Shown: positions 1 to 12,900 of the stretch, piece by piece
How positions within the stretch are numbered: the first letter of the stretch is position 1
How the letters are laid out: each line of letters opens with the position of its first letter
Assembly: GCA_043228905.1 (NCBI GenBank)
Contig: JBHGNT010000017.1
Location: forward strand, 17,670,001-17,734,000
DNA length: 64,000 nt
Direction of reading: 5' to 3'
DNA from: Azolla caroliniana
Taxonomy: Eukaryota > Plantae > Polypodiophyta
Notes under the pieces: model-generated
What the model saw: only the letters and a program-made list of their open reading frames with translations
Databases searched by the model: none
What the model was told of the DNA's origin: nothing
Position numbers and translations under genes: made by a program

Positions 1-57
1 TCTTACTTCCTATTCTCTCTCACTTACTTTTACCTAAGTCATAAGTTATTACACATG

Positions 58-190
58 CAGCTAATTAGCTGCCAGTAGCTAATTAGCTGTCAGTCGCTAA
101 ATAGCTGTTCACTAGCTAATTAGCTGTCACTAGCTAAATAGCTGTTTTACCTTTTTGTTCACTAGTAGCTAAATAGCTACTATAGCTTAT
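58..190. repeat. Short array of (T)AGCTAATTAGCT(A) palindromic motifs, same family as arrays at 49.4-50.2 kb and 54.0-55.3 kb
   Basis: Repeated agctaattagct/agctaaatagct units seen directly; probably a piece of another copy of the Sola-like element. Confidence 0.75.
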
Positions 191-233
191 TTCTCATAAG
201 CATCACATACCATGTTGAGCTTGCTTCTCAACA

Positions 234-2664
234 GATACTAGCAAACCATTCATCATGGAGGCCGATGCTTCAGATTTCGCCCTTGGTAGCATCCTTTCTC
301 AACAAGGAGATAAAGAAGAGTTGCATCCGGTGGCTTTCCATTCGCGCAAAGTCGATGTTGCGGAAATCAACTACGAAATACATGACAAGGAGTTATTAGC
401 CATCGTGGATTCATTTGTGCAATGGCGGCATTTCTTAGAGGGCTCTCCACATCAGGTTGTTGTCTTTAGTGATCATAAAAATCTTGCAAGTATTTCCAAA
501 ACGCTCGCGTACTAAATCGACGGCAAGCTCGGTGGGCACAATTCCTCACGCGTTTCGACTTCAAAATCACATATCGACCGGGGAAGCAGCAAGGAAAAGC
601 AGATGCACTATCATGGCGTTCATATCTTGCACCTCGTCCTGGTGATCCAACATTTGATAATCAAAAGCAAGTAATCTTGGGACCAACACGATTGCACACG
701 ACGCAGATTTTTCACACCCCGATGGATTCACGGATTACCGATGACTTACGTGCAAACTTGAAGACAGATACTTTTGCTCAAGACATCCTGGCGCACATTG
801 ATACTTCTCGGGCATCCTGTTCTCAGTCTCAAAAACCAGGTATTGACTACCGACAATTCGAATATCATGATGGTTTGTTATTCTTTAAAAAGCGCGTATA
901 TGTCCCCGATTGCTCCTGTCGCCTTCAAATCATCCAGCATTGTCACGACACCCATACGGTGGGACATTTTGGTAGTACTAAGACGTTGGAGCTAGTGCAA
1001 CGATCTTTTTGGTGGCCCCACATGCGCCGTTTTGTCGACGACTACGTTCGGACCTGTGATGCTTGCTGTCGAGCAAAGATGCCACGACACCATCCATATG
1101 GCTTGTTGGAACCCTTACCCATTCCAAGTAAGCCGTGGCAGTCTATTTGTCTTGATTTTATCACAGATCGGCCGGTCTCGCAGGGGTTCGATGCTATCTT
1201 AATCGTCGTCGATTGATATACGAAGATGGCACATTTTGTTCCGTGTACGAAGGCCATCACTAGCGAGGAAACTGCCGCCCTAGTCATGCATGAGGTATTT
1301 CGGCATCATGGCCTCCCAGACAGTATCATCAGTGACCGAGGACCACAATTTGTCTCCAAATATTGGCAGCATCTCTTCAAGATGCTCAAGGTCTCTTGCA
1401 ACCTCTCCTCCGACTACCATCCTCAGACCGATGGGCAGGCAAAATGAACAAACCAAACGCTAGAGCAATATATCTGGTGTTTCCTAAGTTATCAACAGGA
1501 CGATTGGGCCGAGATTCTCCATTTTGCGGAGTTTGCGTATAATAATGTTGTTCACTCCTCGACTCGAGTCTCCCCATTCTACGCTTATACCGGTTCTCAT
1601 CCTCGCTGGTCGGTGATCGACACCCCGGAGCTACCTACCAATCCTCGTGCCGGGGATCATTTGGAGAGACTACGCAAGATTCAGACAGATCTCTCGACTC
1701 ATCTTCGTCATGCTCAACAGACACAGAAGACTTACGCGGATCGTCATCGGCTTCCCTCGTCTTTTGCCAACGAGGATCGAGTATGGCTCTTACGTCGTCA
1801 CATCAAGACTACTCGACCGTGCGACAAGATGGATTATCGACGACTCGGTCCTTTCCGTATTTCGGGTAAAGTTAATGATGTCACATTCCGCCTTGATCTC
1901 CCTCCGCAGCTTCAGATACATCCGGTTTTCGTTCTCTTCTTGAACCTTATAAAGCAAACACCATTCCCGATCGTGTTACACCGTCGCCGCCCCCGCTGGA
2001 GTTGGACATCGGCCCGGAGTATGAAGTTGTTGCCATCCTCGATTCCAAACTTATTCGCAACAAACTTTATTATTTGGTCGATTGGGTTGGTTATAGTCCG
2101 AGCGAACGCACTTGGAAACCCGTCGAGCATGTTGCCAATGCTCAGGATCTGCTTGCTGATTTCCAGCAAAAGTATCCGGACAAACCCGGTCAACATCAGC
2201 ACCGACTCGTTCCACTCGTCGTCTTTAATGGGGAGATAATGTCATGATATGGCAAGACTCGAACCCATGACCTTATGGTATATGGGTCGAGCTCTTAACC
2301 ATCACACCATCTATTGTAATTCATAGGATATTATTTTCATTTATGTTTTATTATAAGAAAGTAATGTATATTCCAGATTTCTCTGGAACATTCTAGAAGT
2401 TTCAGGATTACTCCTGACAACACTATAAAAGAAGGCACTAGGCATTATGTTGAACCAAATTGGTTCAACGCCAGTTTGAAGCCTCTCAGCCGCTTTGTAC
2501 TTATCTTTTCACATAATATATTAGCTGTTGTCATCATCTTTCTCTCTCTCTCTCCTCTTCTCACTTCCTCTCTCGGGAATGTTACGTAGTCCCGTCCTCT
2601 TAGTACTAATAGTACTGCTCTTCTTAGTACTAATTCCATCTTTGCTTTAGTACTACTCCTGACA
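234..2664 (+). mobile_element. Ty3/Gypsy chromovirus (Tcn1-like), 5'-truncated: degraded RNaseH-integrase-chromodomain, PPT and 3' LTR
   Basis: ORF pieces [29 protein letters not shown] (RNaseH), HxxxxxGH..CDAC, ISDRGPQF, HPQTDGQ (INT), GPF, EYEVVAILDS..YLVDWVGY..TW (chromodomain); PPT gggggagataa before TG at 2240; many stops and frameshifts. Confidence 0.9.
2240..2664 (+). repeat. 3' LTR of the Tcn1-like Gypsy (425 bp)
   Basis: TGTCA...TGACA termini, follows the PPT, internal TATAAAA; LRR sequence starts directly after 2664. Confidence 0.8.
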
Positions 2665-3346
2665 CTGAGTTTGGAAGCCTTACAAACCTCCAGTATTTGT
2701 GGTTCGGGAATATTAACTTGCAAGGACCCATCCCTGCTCAATTAGGGAACCTCCGGAACTTGAAAGAGTTCGATCTCTCCTCGAATGCTCTATCTGGAAC
2801 AATACCATCAACAATTGGCAAACTCAAAAACCTAGAGAGGTTATCCATATCCTACAACCAGTTCAGTGGAAGCCTCCCCAAGGAGATTGGAAACCTCACT
2901 AACCTCCATCACCGAGATGCTCAGAACAACCAACTTTCTAGCGAGTTGCCTCGGGAGATCGGAGACATGCAAAGCTTGGAAGAGTTGAACCTCGAGAACT
3001 TGAAAGAGCTTTATCTCTCTTCGAATGCTCTATCTGGACCATTACCATCAACAATTGGCAAGCTCAAAAGCCTAGAGATTTTGTCCATATCCTTCAACCA
3101 GTTCAATGGAAGCCTCCCCAAGGAGATTGGAAACCTCACCAACCTCCATTACCTATATGCTGACAACAACCAGCTTTCTGGCGAGTTGCCTCGGGACATC
3201 GGAGACATGCAAAGCTTGGAAGAGTTGAACCTCGAGAACTTGAAAGAGCTTTATCTCTCTTCGAATGCTCTATCTGGACCATTACCATCAACAATTGGCA
3301 AGCTCAAAAACCTAGAGAGGTTGTCCATATCCTACAGCCAGTTCAA
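2665..3346 (+). pseudogene. Fragment of an LRR-RLK paralog with ~2.5 tandem copies of a 240-bp LRR unit
   Basis: Closely matches the intact gene from ~26792 onward; unit starts (gaacctc) at 2747, 2987 and 3227; bounded by an LTR on the left and LINE sequence on the right. Confidence 0.9.
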
Positions 3347-4121
3347 AACATGACATTATTAAAGCAAAGTTCACTTTGCCCCCGATGTTAGTAGAAGCAC
3401 TTTTCCAAGTGGTAGTTTTTATTCATCGTATACATAGCCAACCACAAGATAGGATATCCCGTCGAGCTTTTGAGGCAATCCTGATCCCTATCTGAGTCTG
3501 AAGATACTAGCTCTTGGTATAGCACTGTAGTGAGTTGTTTACTTGCGAATGGTATAAACATTAATAACCTACTTCCCCTTAAGTACAACCATGGGACTGA
3601 TCGAACTTTAATCTCTCATGAAGACCGTAATAAAGTAATACGCCAAGAAATATGGCAATATTACACCCGATTTAAATGGATAACCCCACAAGAGCCACTC
3701 CCATCTAAAATGGTGTACTATAAGGAACACTTCTTGCAGTTCTCTAAGTTATGTTTTATTACACGACCAAAATATCTAGATACATTCTTATCAAATGCAC
3801 TAAGGGTGGCCATTGGACAACTTAGGATATCATCTCACCAACTTGAGATTGAGAATGGTCGTGCTAGTAGAGTTCCTAAAGAGGAAAGGCTATGTAGGTT
3901 ATGTCACATAGAGATAGAGGATGAGTATCACTTTACATGCAAGTGTCCAACTTAGACCGAGATAAGGGCGAAATACCAAGACATACTAGGACCCTCTCCA
4001 AACTATTAGATACCCCGAATATAAAGAGACTAGGTAGGTATATCTTAGAGCGAAACCAACATGGGGAGATTAAATTACAAAGTGTTAACCATAACCCTTT
4101 TAGTATTCACCAACATGTAAC

Positions 4122-4734
4122 TGTTGGGAATCGACGCTTCGATTCACCTTCACCACTCGGCCACAACCGAGTAAGCGCGAATCAATGCAGCAGAAAATAG
4201 GAACCACAGAGAGAAACACACGAATACACAGGGATTAACGTGGAAAACCCTAGACGGGAAAAACCACGGGAGTACAAGACTCCAAACCAACACTATACAA
4301 AGAGAAGTATACAATGGCGAGCTGCAAGGCGACGACCTTGAGCTCGCTGTCCTCGCCACAGGCGGCGGAAATACACAGAGGCGTCGTCCTCTTCCTCTCT
4401 CACGCTCTATCTCTCTCTCTCTCTCTCTCACGGCTGCTCCCTCTTCACTCCTCTTGAGTGGAAAAACAGAAAAATGATCAGCAGCTCAGAAACTGTTTGC
4501 CCTAAGTCATATTTATACATATATGACTTTGGGGCTATTTACAACTATAGCCTCAGGGGCCCTTAGCAAACGTATTCACAGATATGTCCCCGCATCCGGA
4601 TCTCTCTCCGGGTACATTCGTCATCCGGCTCCGAAGCCGGGGTCTTCATCATCCGGTTCCGAAACCGAAACCGGGCTTGTCGGCATTCAGTCCGACATCC
4701 GACCATCCCATCCGAAGGGACCGTAATCCCAACA
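4122..4734 (-). mobile_element. Solo LTR (613 bp) with 5-bp TSD GTAAC
   Basis: TGTTGGGA...TCCCAACA termini; GTAAC at 4117-4121 and 4735-4739; empty site at 57701-57710 in the duplicated segment; strand inferred from a reverse-strand TATA. Confidence 0.9.
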
Positions 4735-4886
4735 GTAACTAATGTAATTTTTCAGGAACAAGGGGAGACGATGAATGTGGACACACCTACACCACTCGGC
4801 CTCTCTCTTGATGAACCACAAAGGCAAAGAACAACCAAACACCCTGGGATGTTGGTCTTCAAAGTTCCTCGACATGGACTAGAAAC

Positions 4887-5023
4887 CATAGTTCTAGCCA
4901 TACGTCCCATTCGTACCATACTCGTACGCAAATATTCGTATCATACTCATACGTTTTGAGTATGATTGAAATCCATACGTGGTACATAGATATAATCATA
5001 TATATACATACTATATACTCTCC

Positions 5024-5060
<37 letters not shown>

Positions 5061-5482
5061 TGTGTGTGTGTGTATGTCTAGAGAGAGAGAGAGGGAGAGA
5101 GCGTTTGTGGTCTAGAGAGAGAATCCCTATTTTTCATGTGTGAGGAGACAGTGGTTGAGTTTATGTCCAGAGAGAGAGAGAGAGGAGCTAAGGGTTTTCT
5201 TTGTGTGAGGGAGAGAGAAGCTCTATTAGTCCTTCAATGTGTGTATTGGATTTTATAGAGAGAGAAGATCTGTCAGTTCTCGTGGGAGAGAGACAAGGGG
5301 TATGTGTGTTGTGTGTCAGACGTCGCTTCTGTTCGCAATGAATTATGAATATCAGAAAAAATAAAATAAAATAAAAACAAAACAAAAAAAATTCCAAACG
5401 AATGTCACGTATCATACGCAAACGTATCCAAACGTTCGCGTACGTCCACCAAATTTGACGTACGCGAATATTAGGAACTATG
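4887..5482. mobile_element. hAT-like MITE (TIR CATAGTTC...GAACTATG, 8-bp TSD (c/g)tagaaac)
   Basis: TIRs and TSD seen directly; non-coding interior with (GT)n/(GA)n; the LINE copy near 32360 shows the empty site. Confidence 0.8.
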
Positions 5483-5794
5483 GTAGAAACGATTAAGAAG
5501 ATACAGGAACGTGAGCTACCTTGCCTAGAAACTATGGTAGAAACGATTAAGGAGATACAGGAACGTGAGCTACCTTGCCTAGAAACTATGGTTGGGGTAC
5601 CTTTTACATTGGGGCCACGGGCCACATCCACATCGAAACCCTTTGACCTCCCGCTTCTTTTGAAGAGACTTGGATGGAAATGAAACTTGGCCTAGCCATT
5701 TCCTTATGGAACATGTTTTTTTTTTTACAAGTGTTTAGCTTAAGCTCCACTTTATTTTATTTTATTTTATTTTTACTTTCGATGAATGGGTAAA

Positions 5795-6048
5795 TACCTA
5801 CACCACTCAGCCTCTCTCTTGATGAACCACAAATGCAAAGAACAACCAAACACCCTGGGATTTTGCGCTTCAATGTTCCTCGACGTGGAGTAGAAACCAT
5901 AGTTCTAGGCATATGTCCCATTCGTGCCATACTCATACGCCAATATTCGTATCATACTCATACGCGAAAAGGCTCTGAGTATGATGGAAATCCATACGCG
6001 GTACATAGATATAATCATATATATACATACGGTGTACATAAAATATAC

Positions 6049-6126
<78 letters not shown>

Positions 6127-6195
6127 TGGTCTAGAGAGAGAAGCCCTGTTTTGCATGTGGGAGGATACAGTGGTTGTATTAGAGACATAGTCTAA
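5795..6195 (+). repeat. Tandem second copy of LINE piece + left part of the MITE (~1-kb period), cut by a Gypsy LTR
   Basis: Repeats 4785-5150; MITE left end at 5898. Confidence 0.75.
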
Positions 6196-6634
6196 TGTAA
6201 GCATTAGATAAGGATAGAAAATAGATAAATAGATAGAAAGGAGAGAGAGAAAGAAGGGTGTCGATCCACCCGACCACCCCCGAGCGAAGGGATCGAGACG
6301 GACTCGAGCCTCGATCGGCGTCCCATTCCACCGTCGTGGCGTCGAGTCGTACCTGGTGCTAGAGCGCTCGCTACAAGAGGTGACCCACCACAAGACAGAG
6401 TCTCGACGTAGTCAACCCGATGATCAAATGAGGGTAGCTAGGCCTCTTATTTATAGCGATACCCAAGGCCCCCAACCATGTTCACACTTGGCCTAATGGG
6501 TTGTGTCAATCCCAAGGATTTAAAAGTAATCCTCCCCTTCTTTACACTCTCGTTTAACCCTCACACTTATCCACGTGTATAGAATACTATGGTAAATTCT
6601 CACCACGGGATATTATATGGTCATGCCCGTAACA
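6196..6634 (-). repeat. 3' LTR of chromovirus A (439 bp)
   Basis: TGTAA...TAACA termini on +, adjacent PPT, homologous to 59275-59713. Confidence 0.85.
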
Positions 6635-9600
6635 TACTCCCCCTCTTTAAAACATTGCACTCTTGCAATGGAAATTTAGGGAAGTTAGTTTTGAGAGTAT
6701 TTTCGCGTTCCCATGTGGCATCTTTTATTGATTTGTCCATCCATTTTATTTTAAATTCTCGGATTTCTTTAGTATGTAATTTTCTTGTTTTAACATCGAG
6801 AATTCATTCTGGTACATGTGGTTTAGAAGATAATTCTTCAGAAGTAACCAGAGTTTCAGTTGTAACTGTATTACCGCCAGAACCTAGAAGTTCTTTTAGA
6901 CGACGCACATGAAAAACTGGATGAATTTCAACACCATCGGGAAGAGCGAAACGATAGGCTGATGACCCAATGCGTTTAAGGACTGTAAAAGGTCCACAAA
7001 ACCATGGGGCTAACTTAGCGCACTTACCCGTAGACAATATCTTAGAATTGTGAGGTACATGTAAAAATACCTTCTGTCTAGGGTTGAATACACAAGCTTG
7101 CCTATTATGATCGGCATAAAAACGTGCTCTATATTGAGCTGTTTTTATATTATCTCGTACAATATGCAACATATCTTGCATATCCTGAAGAAAGTTTTGC
7201 GTACTTCGCAACTCATCATGATGTATATTAACATCAATCGGGGCTCGTGGCTGAAAACCATACATCAACATAAAAGGACTATATCCTGTCGACGTATGCT
7301 TGGAGTTGTTATAAGCAAACTCCATAATTGGGAGATAACGTTCCCATTTTGTTGGTTTTGTACCAACATATGCTCGAAGCATGTCCTCAATAATTTGATT
7401 TACTCGTTCTGTTTGTCCATCGGATTGAGGATGATCCGTGGAGCTCATGCTCAACGTAGTTTCTAACTTCTTGAAGATTTGTGTCCAGAAGTCACTAGTA
7501 AACTTTGGATCTCGATCACTCACGATATCCATCGGTAACCCATAAAAACGAAATAACTCATCAACGAATTGGTAAGCCAATTCAGGAGTTGTTACCGTGG
7601 TTTTAGTAGCAATAAATCTAGACATTTTAGTTTGTCTATCAGCCACAACCTAGATGGCATCATGGCTTTTTTGGGTGCATGGAAGGCTAACAATAAAATC
7701 CATGGATATACTTTCCCACTTATTGTTGGGAATGTCCAAGGGATGTAAAAGTCCTACGGCTTTAAGTTGCTCGTTTGTTAACCTGACATTGGTGACATTT
7801 AGTCACATAGCTATGTATATCAGGACGCATCTTAGGCCAATAAAATTGAGTGGAGATGAGAACGAGTGTACGATGTATTCCAGGGTGCCTTGTTGAGGGT
7901 GCATCATGGCATTCAAAAAGAATCCTCTTTTTGACCTCGGGTAAATCTGGAACACAAACCTTCCCATTACGGTAGAGCAGACCGTTAGCAATGTGGAAGT
8001 ATTCCTTCGAGGATGTGGTGGTGTCTGTTCCAGACTCAACTCTTGCCTAGTATTTTGCGAAATAACTATCATCAGGATACTTTCCTCGAAGGTGATCGTA
8101 AAGATCTGATGTTATTTCAGTGAAGCTAAGTATGTTAACTTCACAGATGCGACTTAGTAAATCATTGATATACCCGTTGATCCATTGATATACCCGTTTG
8201 CATGTAGTAAATCATTGGGACCCAATACATAGTGAGGGAAAGAACATTGAAAATTACTTAAATGATGTGTATAGACCTAAAGGAAATTAGGAATCTGACC
8301 TTTATGGTCTGCAGCTTTAGCTTTGTTGTCGTGCTCTTTCCATTGGAGCTTTCGACACTGTTCTTTTGTATGACCCTTCCTTTTGCAGAATACGCAAAAA
8401 GGATGTTGTCGCTTTAAATCGCGATCCATGAATTGGTTGGGTGTCTTGCATTTCCCAGCGAATTGTGGTCCCTTAGTCCCGGGCGCTTCGTTGGGTTTAT
8501 TGTGGTCCTTCGAAGTGCGTTGATAGCAAAGAACTATTTCAACGGCCTCTTCGAAGGATTTTGGATCCTTATCGTGCACTATCCAGTGATAGTCCGAATT
8601 GGGGATGCCATTGACAAAACAAGCTATTAACCAATTGTCCCCTTCTAGACCCAATTTTTGGATTTGGGTTCTAGCATGGTGAACATAGTCTTCTAGCGAG
8701 GAAAACTTCCTGCTAGAGTGGTTCATTAAAGCTTGTGCTGCCTCGGTTCGAGAGGGAGGTTGCAGAAATTGGCCCTTGAAAACTGTGACAAAATCTGTCC
8801 AGGTATCGGGCAATTTCCCCAAAGTACGGAGCCCACGCCACTAGGCGGCGGCCTTACCCCCTAGTTCTCGGCCGACATATGCAATCTTCGTACTATTTGG
8901 CGTGGGATAGAGCTCAAAATGAGACTCCCATCGGCCCAGCCACATGCAGATTGCTTCTTCCGTTCTTTCCTTTTTTTCTCCCGTAAACGATGGTTCACCT
9001 TGTCGCTCATCAGGTCTATTAGCCTCACATTGTAAACTAATGACACATGCCTCAAGAGCACTTTGAGATTGCCGAAGTTTGGTCATCTGTTGAGCGGTGA
9101 AACTAAGGTATTGGGTTATTTGCGAAAAATACATCTCAATGGACATTTGTCCAGGAGGATTCCCTTGAGTTCCTTCCGCTTGAGCGGATGACATCGGGTC
9201 GTTATTTTGAGCCATTGAATAGTTATTTCTAGCAAAGAAATAGGATAAGGTCAGACAAATAGTCATAACATCATGTCGTGATGTAAACCTATCATGGGCA
9301 AACATTAATCGATATCATGATCTCACGTCAATACCCCTCTAGACGTATGAGATGAGGTTCAATATCAGGTTACTATGGTAACACAAAGGAGTTTAAAAAA
9401 CCATGGGGGTGACAAATAAATGTCTTTCCCTTATCTTTAGATCGATTTTTTCGTGGCGGCTCCCCAAGGCTCAACCATGTATGTTCACGCATGAATAGTT
9501 TATACACAAAAAAAATGTTAACAATAAACTATGTTTCAGTGCCCACAAATGTGGTTTCGGCTCTTTAAGTCCTATTACGAGGACCCCGAAGTGCACTTAG

Positions 9601-9977
9601 ACCTTAAGTCTAAACATGTGTTATAGTCATATGTATCAACGATGTTGTATGATCTTGGTCATATTTGAACTCGAGACCTCGAGAACAAATGCATTAAACA
9701 CTTGAGCCGACCAAGTAGGTTGCTCTTCTTGAATATTTAATGTTTCATGCGTATAAGAGATATGCAAGGCATGTGCCCATATATGTTTTTTTTAAAGAAA
9801 CGTATATGTCAAGAGTCCTTATTTTGCCCTCATTTACCACAACTATGTTGGTACGTTACCTAACCTCAAGTCTCGTAATTACGATGGCATACGCCAAAGT
9901 GCAACCTAATGGTCAAGCCAAATGAGCCCTCTTTTTGTAGTAGGCCCACGTGGCCCATCACATGGTCACGTCATTAT

Positions 9978-12900
9978 TGTTAAGTAATTAGGTAATTAAC
10001 TAGGGTTAATTAGAGACTAATTATATGGTTACGTTAAGCAGCGGAAGATTAGTATGATATGCGCGTCAGAGTGTGTGAGAGGAAGAGAGAGAGAGAGGAA
10101 GTTACACTTAAACACCAAGATAAATGGGGGATGATTGACTATATTGAAAAGTGTCATCAACTACAAAAATACCCACAATGAGGTATATATACAACCCATG
10201 TGCAAAGGTGCACATGTGTGGGTAGAACATAGGTACTTATGTGTAAGTCCTACATTAAATGTACTAAGGAGTGGAGGATCTAGAATATCCCACTTAAGTA
10301 CAAGGTCCTATTTAAGGCTTAAGGTCAACACATTAACTAGATTCGATCTAGGTAACTACTAAGTTACATGTGTTGACTAACTAGATTAAACTAGTTGAGC
10401 TTGATATCTCAACACGCCCCCTCAAGCTCAAGTGTGAGGCGTCCAACGTCCGGTTTGACTTCCTTCGGCTTCGTCGGCATCGGTGCGGCTTGCGGCTTTG
10501 TTCGCGGCTTTGCGCGGCTTTCTTCACGTCTTCGCGTCTTCGCGGCTTTGTGGCGCAGCTTTGCGCGGCTTTCTTCGCGTATTCACGACTTCGTTGCGTG
10601 GTTCTCCGCGGCTTTGTTGTGTGGCATTGCGCGGCTTTCTTCGCGTATTCGCGGCTTCGTTGCGCGGCGTTGCGCGGCTTTCTTCACGTATTGGCAGCTT
10701 CGTTGCACGATTCTCCGCGGCTTTGTTGCGCGGCGTTGCGCGGCGTTGCGCGGCTTTCTTCGCGTATTCGCGGCTTTGTTCTCCCCCTCAAGACTATGAC
10801 GAAGGCTTGGATCCTCAGGCTCTTGTTCAACCACTACCTTCATCGTGAGGGCATAGTGATGGGCCATATACTCGTTGTACAGGCGTAACGAGTGACTTGG
10901 GTCTTCGCTCGTGATGAGCGGCGGAGTTTCTCGTTTGTTGATGTGAGCGCCTTCTTTACTCCGGGTGTCCTCATGATGGGTACACCGAACTCACTGTCTA
11001 GTGAGCGAGCCGAATCATCCAAATCACGGTCGTCGGGGTGGACCTCGACTTCGTATTCGGGCATCTTACCTTTGCCTTTGTCCGATGTCGGACTTGGCCG
11101 CGACGTGTTTTCATCGCGTGGAGGCTCTTGTGGGCCAATTAGCTCCGTAGAGCTTGGATTGTCCTTCGGTGGAGGACTTGGCCGAGTTTCGTCGTCCGAG
11201 TTGGCGTTCAACTCTTCCTCGATCGGGTCCGATGGAGTCGCATCAAGCTTATACCAAGATGTCGATTCGTCGAAAACGACGTCGCGACTTATCCGCACCG
11301 CTCAGGTCGAAGCATTTGTACGCCTTTTTCGTGGACAAGTATCCTATGAGGATACATTCTTCCGACTTCGCGTCGGGCTTCTCTCGACTTTCATTCGGGA
11401 TGCGTACATTCGCAATGCTTCCGAACACCTTGAGGTGCGAGAGGATGGTCTTTCTTCCAACGAAGATCTCGTATGGAGTAAGCTCGTGCACACTATTTTT
11501 GGTGCATCGATTCATGAGATAAACGGCCGTGGATGCCGCTTCCGCACAATAGAAGTTTGGCATGTGCTTCTCACGCATCATGGCACGTGCTACCTCGAGT
11601 ATTTGCCGATTCTTTCTCTCGGCTACTCCGTTTTGTTGGGGAGTGTGTCGGCATGAAAATTCTCTACGAATGCCTTCACCTTAGAGGTAGGAGGTGAACT
11701 CGTTGGAGAAGTACTCCTTTCCTCCGTCCGAGTGTAGGCATCGAATGTGCCGACCGGTTTCTTTCTCCACTTGGCTTTTGAGCCTTTGAAAGTGGGAGAG
11801 CACTTCGCTCTTCTTCTTCATTGGGTATATCCACGCGTAGCGCGAGTGGTCGTCGATGAAGGTGACGTAGTAGCAGCATCCGCCGAGCGTCGGCGTTTGA
11901 ACCGGTCCCCATACATCCGAGTGTATGACGTCAAGGAGGCCTTTGCTTGCGGAGCTCTCCTTCGGGAATGGGAGTCGATGTTGTTTGCCGAGTTGGCATG
12001 CTTCACACACTCGGTCGACTCGTTTCGATTCGAAGGCTGGGAGTACGATTACGACTCTCTTTGATTGCATTCCGCGAAGCCGTTAGAGGTTTATGTGGCC
12101 AATTCGCTTGTGCCACAACTCAATGTTTGTCTCGGTCTTGAGACCTTTGGCGTACATGGCCGATTTTACCTCGTTTGAGTCGAGGATGAACAAGCGATCG
12201 TCTCTCCGTCCCTTGGCTATGAGTCGGCCGTCTTTCTCGATGAAGCAACCTTCATTGTTGAAGCGGACTTGCATGCCTTGCTCCACGATTTGGCCAACCG
12301 AGACCAAATTCTTTGTTATTGTGGGCACGTGCAAGACATTCTTGATGCAAGTTTGCTCGCCTTCTTTCCCGAATGGGACATCGCCGATGTGTCGAATGGG
12401 ATGCGAAGTGTCATCTCCGGTCTCTATGTAGCCGGGTCGATCCGGCGTTCGCAAGTCGCGAAACCACTCTTGGTGCGGCGTCATGTGGTGCGAGGTGCCG
12501 GAGTCTACGAACCACGCGTGTTCGGAGTTGAAGGTGCTTTCGGAGTTTGCAGGATCGGAGGCCATCATAGAGTTCGCTCTATGCCTCATCACGAAGAGTC
12601 CTCCGTAGTCCACGTATTCCGCGTTCGCGGCGTAATTTGTGAGTTGCCGGCTTGTTGAGGCCGACTCGCTTCGTCTTTTTTGGCACTCCTCTTCGCGATG
12701 GCCGATTTTGCCGCAATAGTTGCACGTAGGTGGCGTCGTTCGCCGACCTTGTTCGGCGTGGAAGCTCCCCCTTCTTGTGAAGGTTCCTCGATGGCTTCCG
12801 TTTCCTTGCCGAAATCGTGAATTCCCTTCGTGGGATAGGTCGAATTGACCTCTTCCGTGTGGACCTCGTCTATGGGCACCATCCGTATCGGAGAAGAGCA

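Larger units (their letters stand above)
3347..5794 (+). mobile_element. 3' fragment of the RTEX-like LINE (ORF2 C-terminal zinc finger + 3' UTR), interrupted by a solo LTR and a MITE
   Basis: AIGQLRISSHQLEIENGR..CRLCHIEIEDEYHFTCKC matches ORF2 at 15956-18964; colinear with 56920-58750. Confidence 0.85.

Noticed and set aside
5833-6393. ORFs with CVCV/HTHT runs (also 57861-59148)
   Set aside because: Translations of microsatellites inside MITEs
10135-10362. Duplicated small ORFs (10135/13833 and 37781/44588)
   Set aside because: They lie inside LTR pairs, so the duplication reflects LTR identity
10395-10888. Overlapping Arg/Ala-rich ORFs in all frames (also 36108-36525 and 20578-21011)
   Set aside because: Artefact of stop-poor GC-rich repeats
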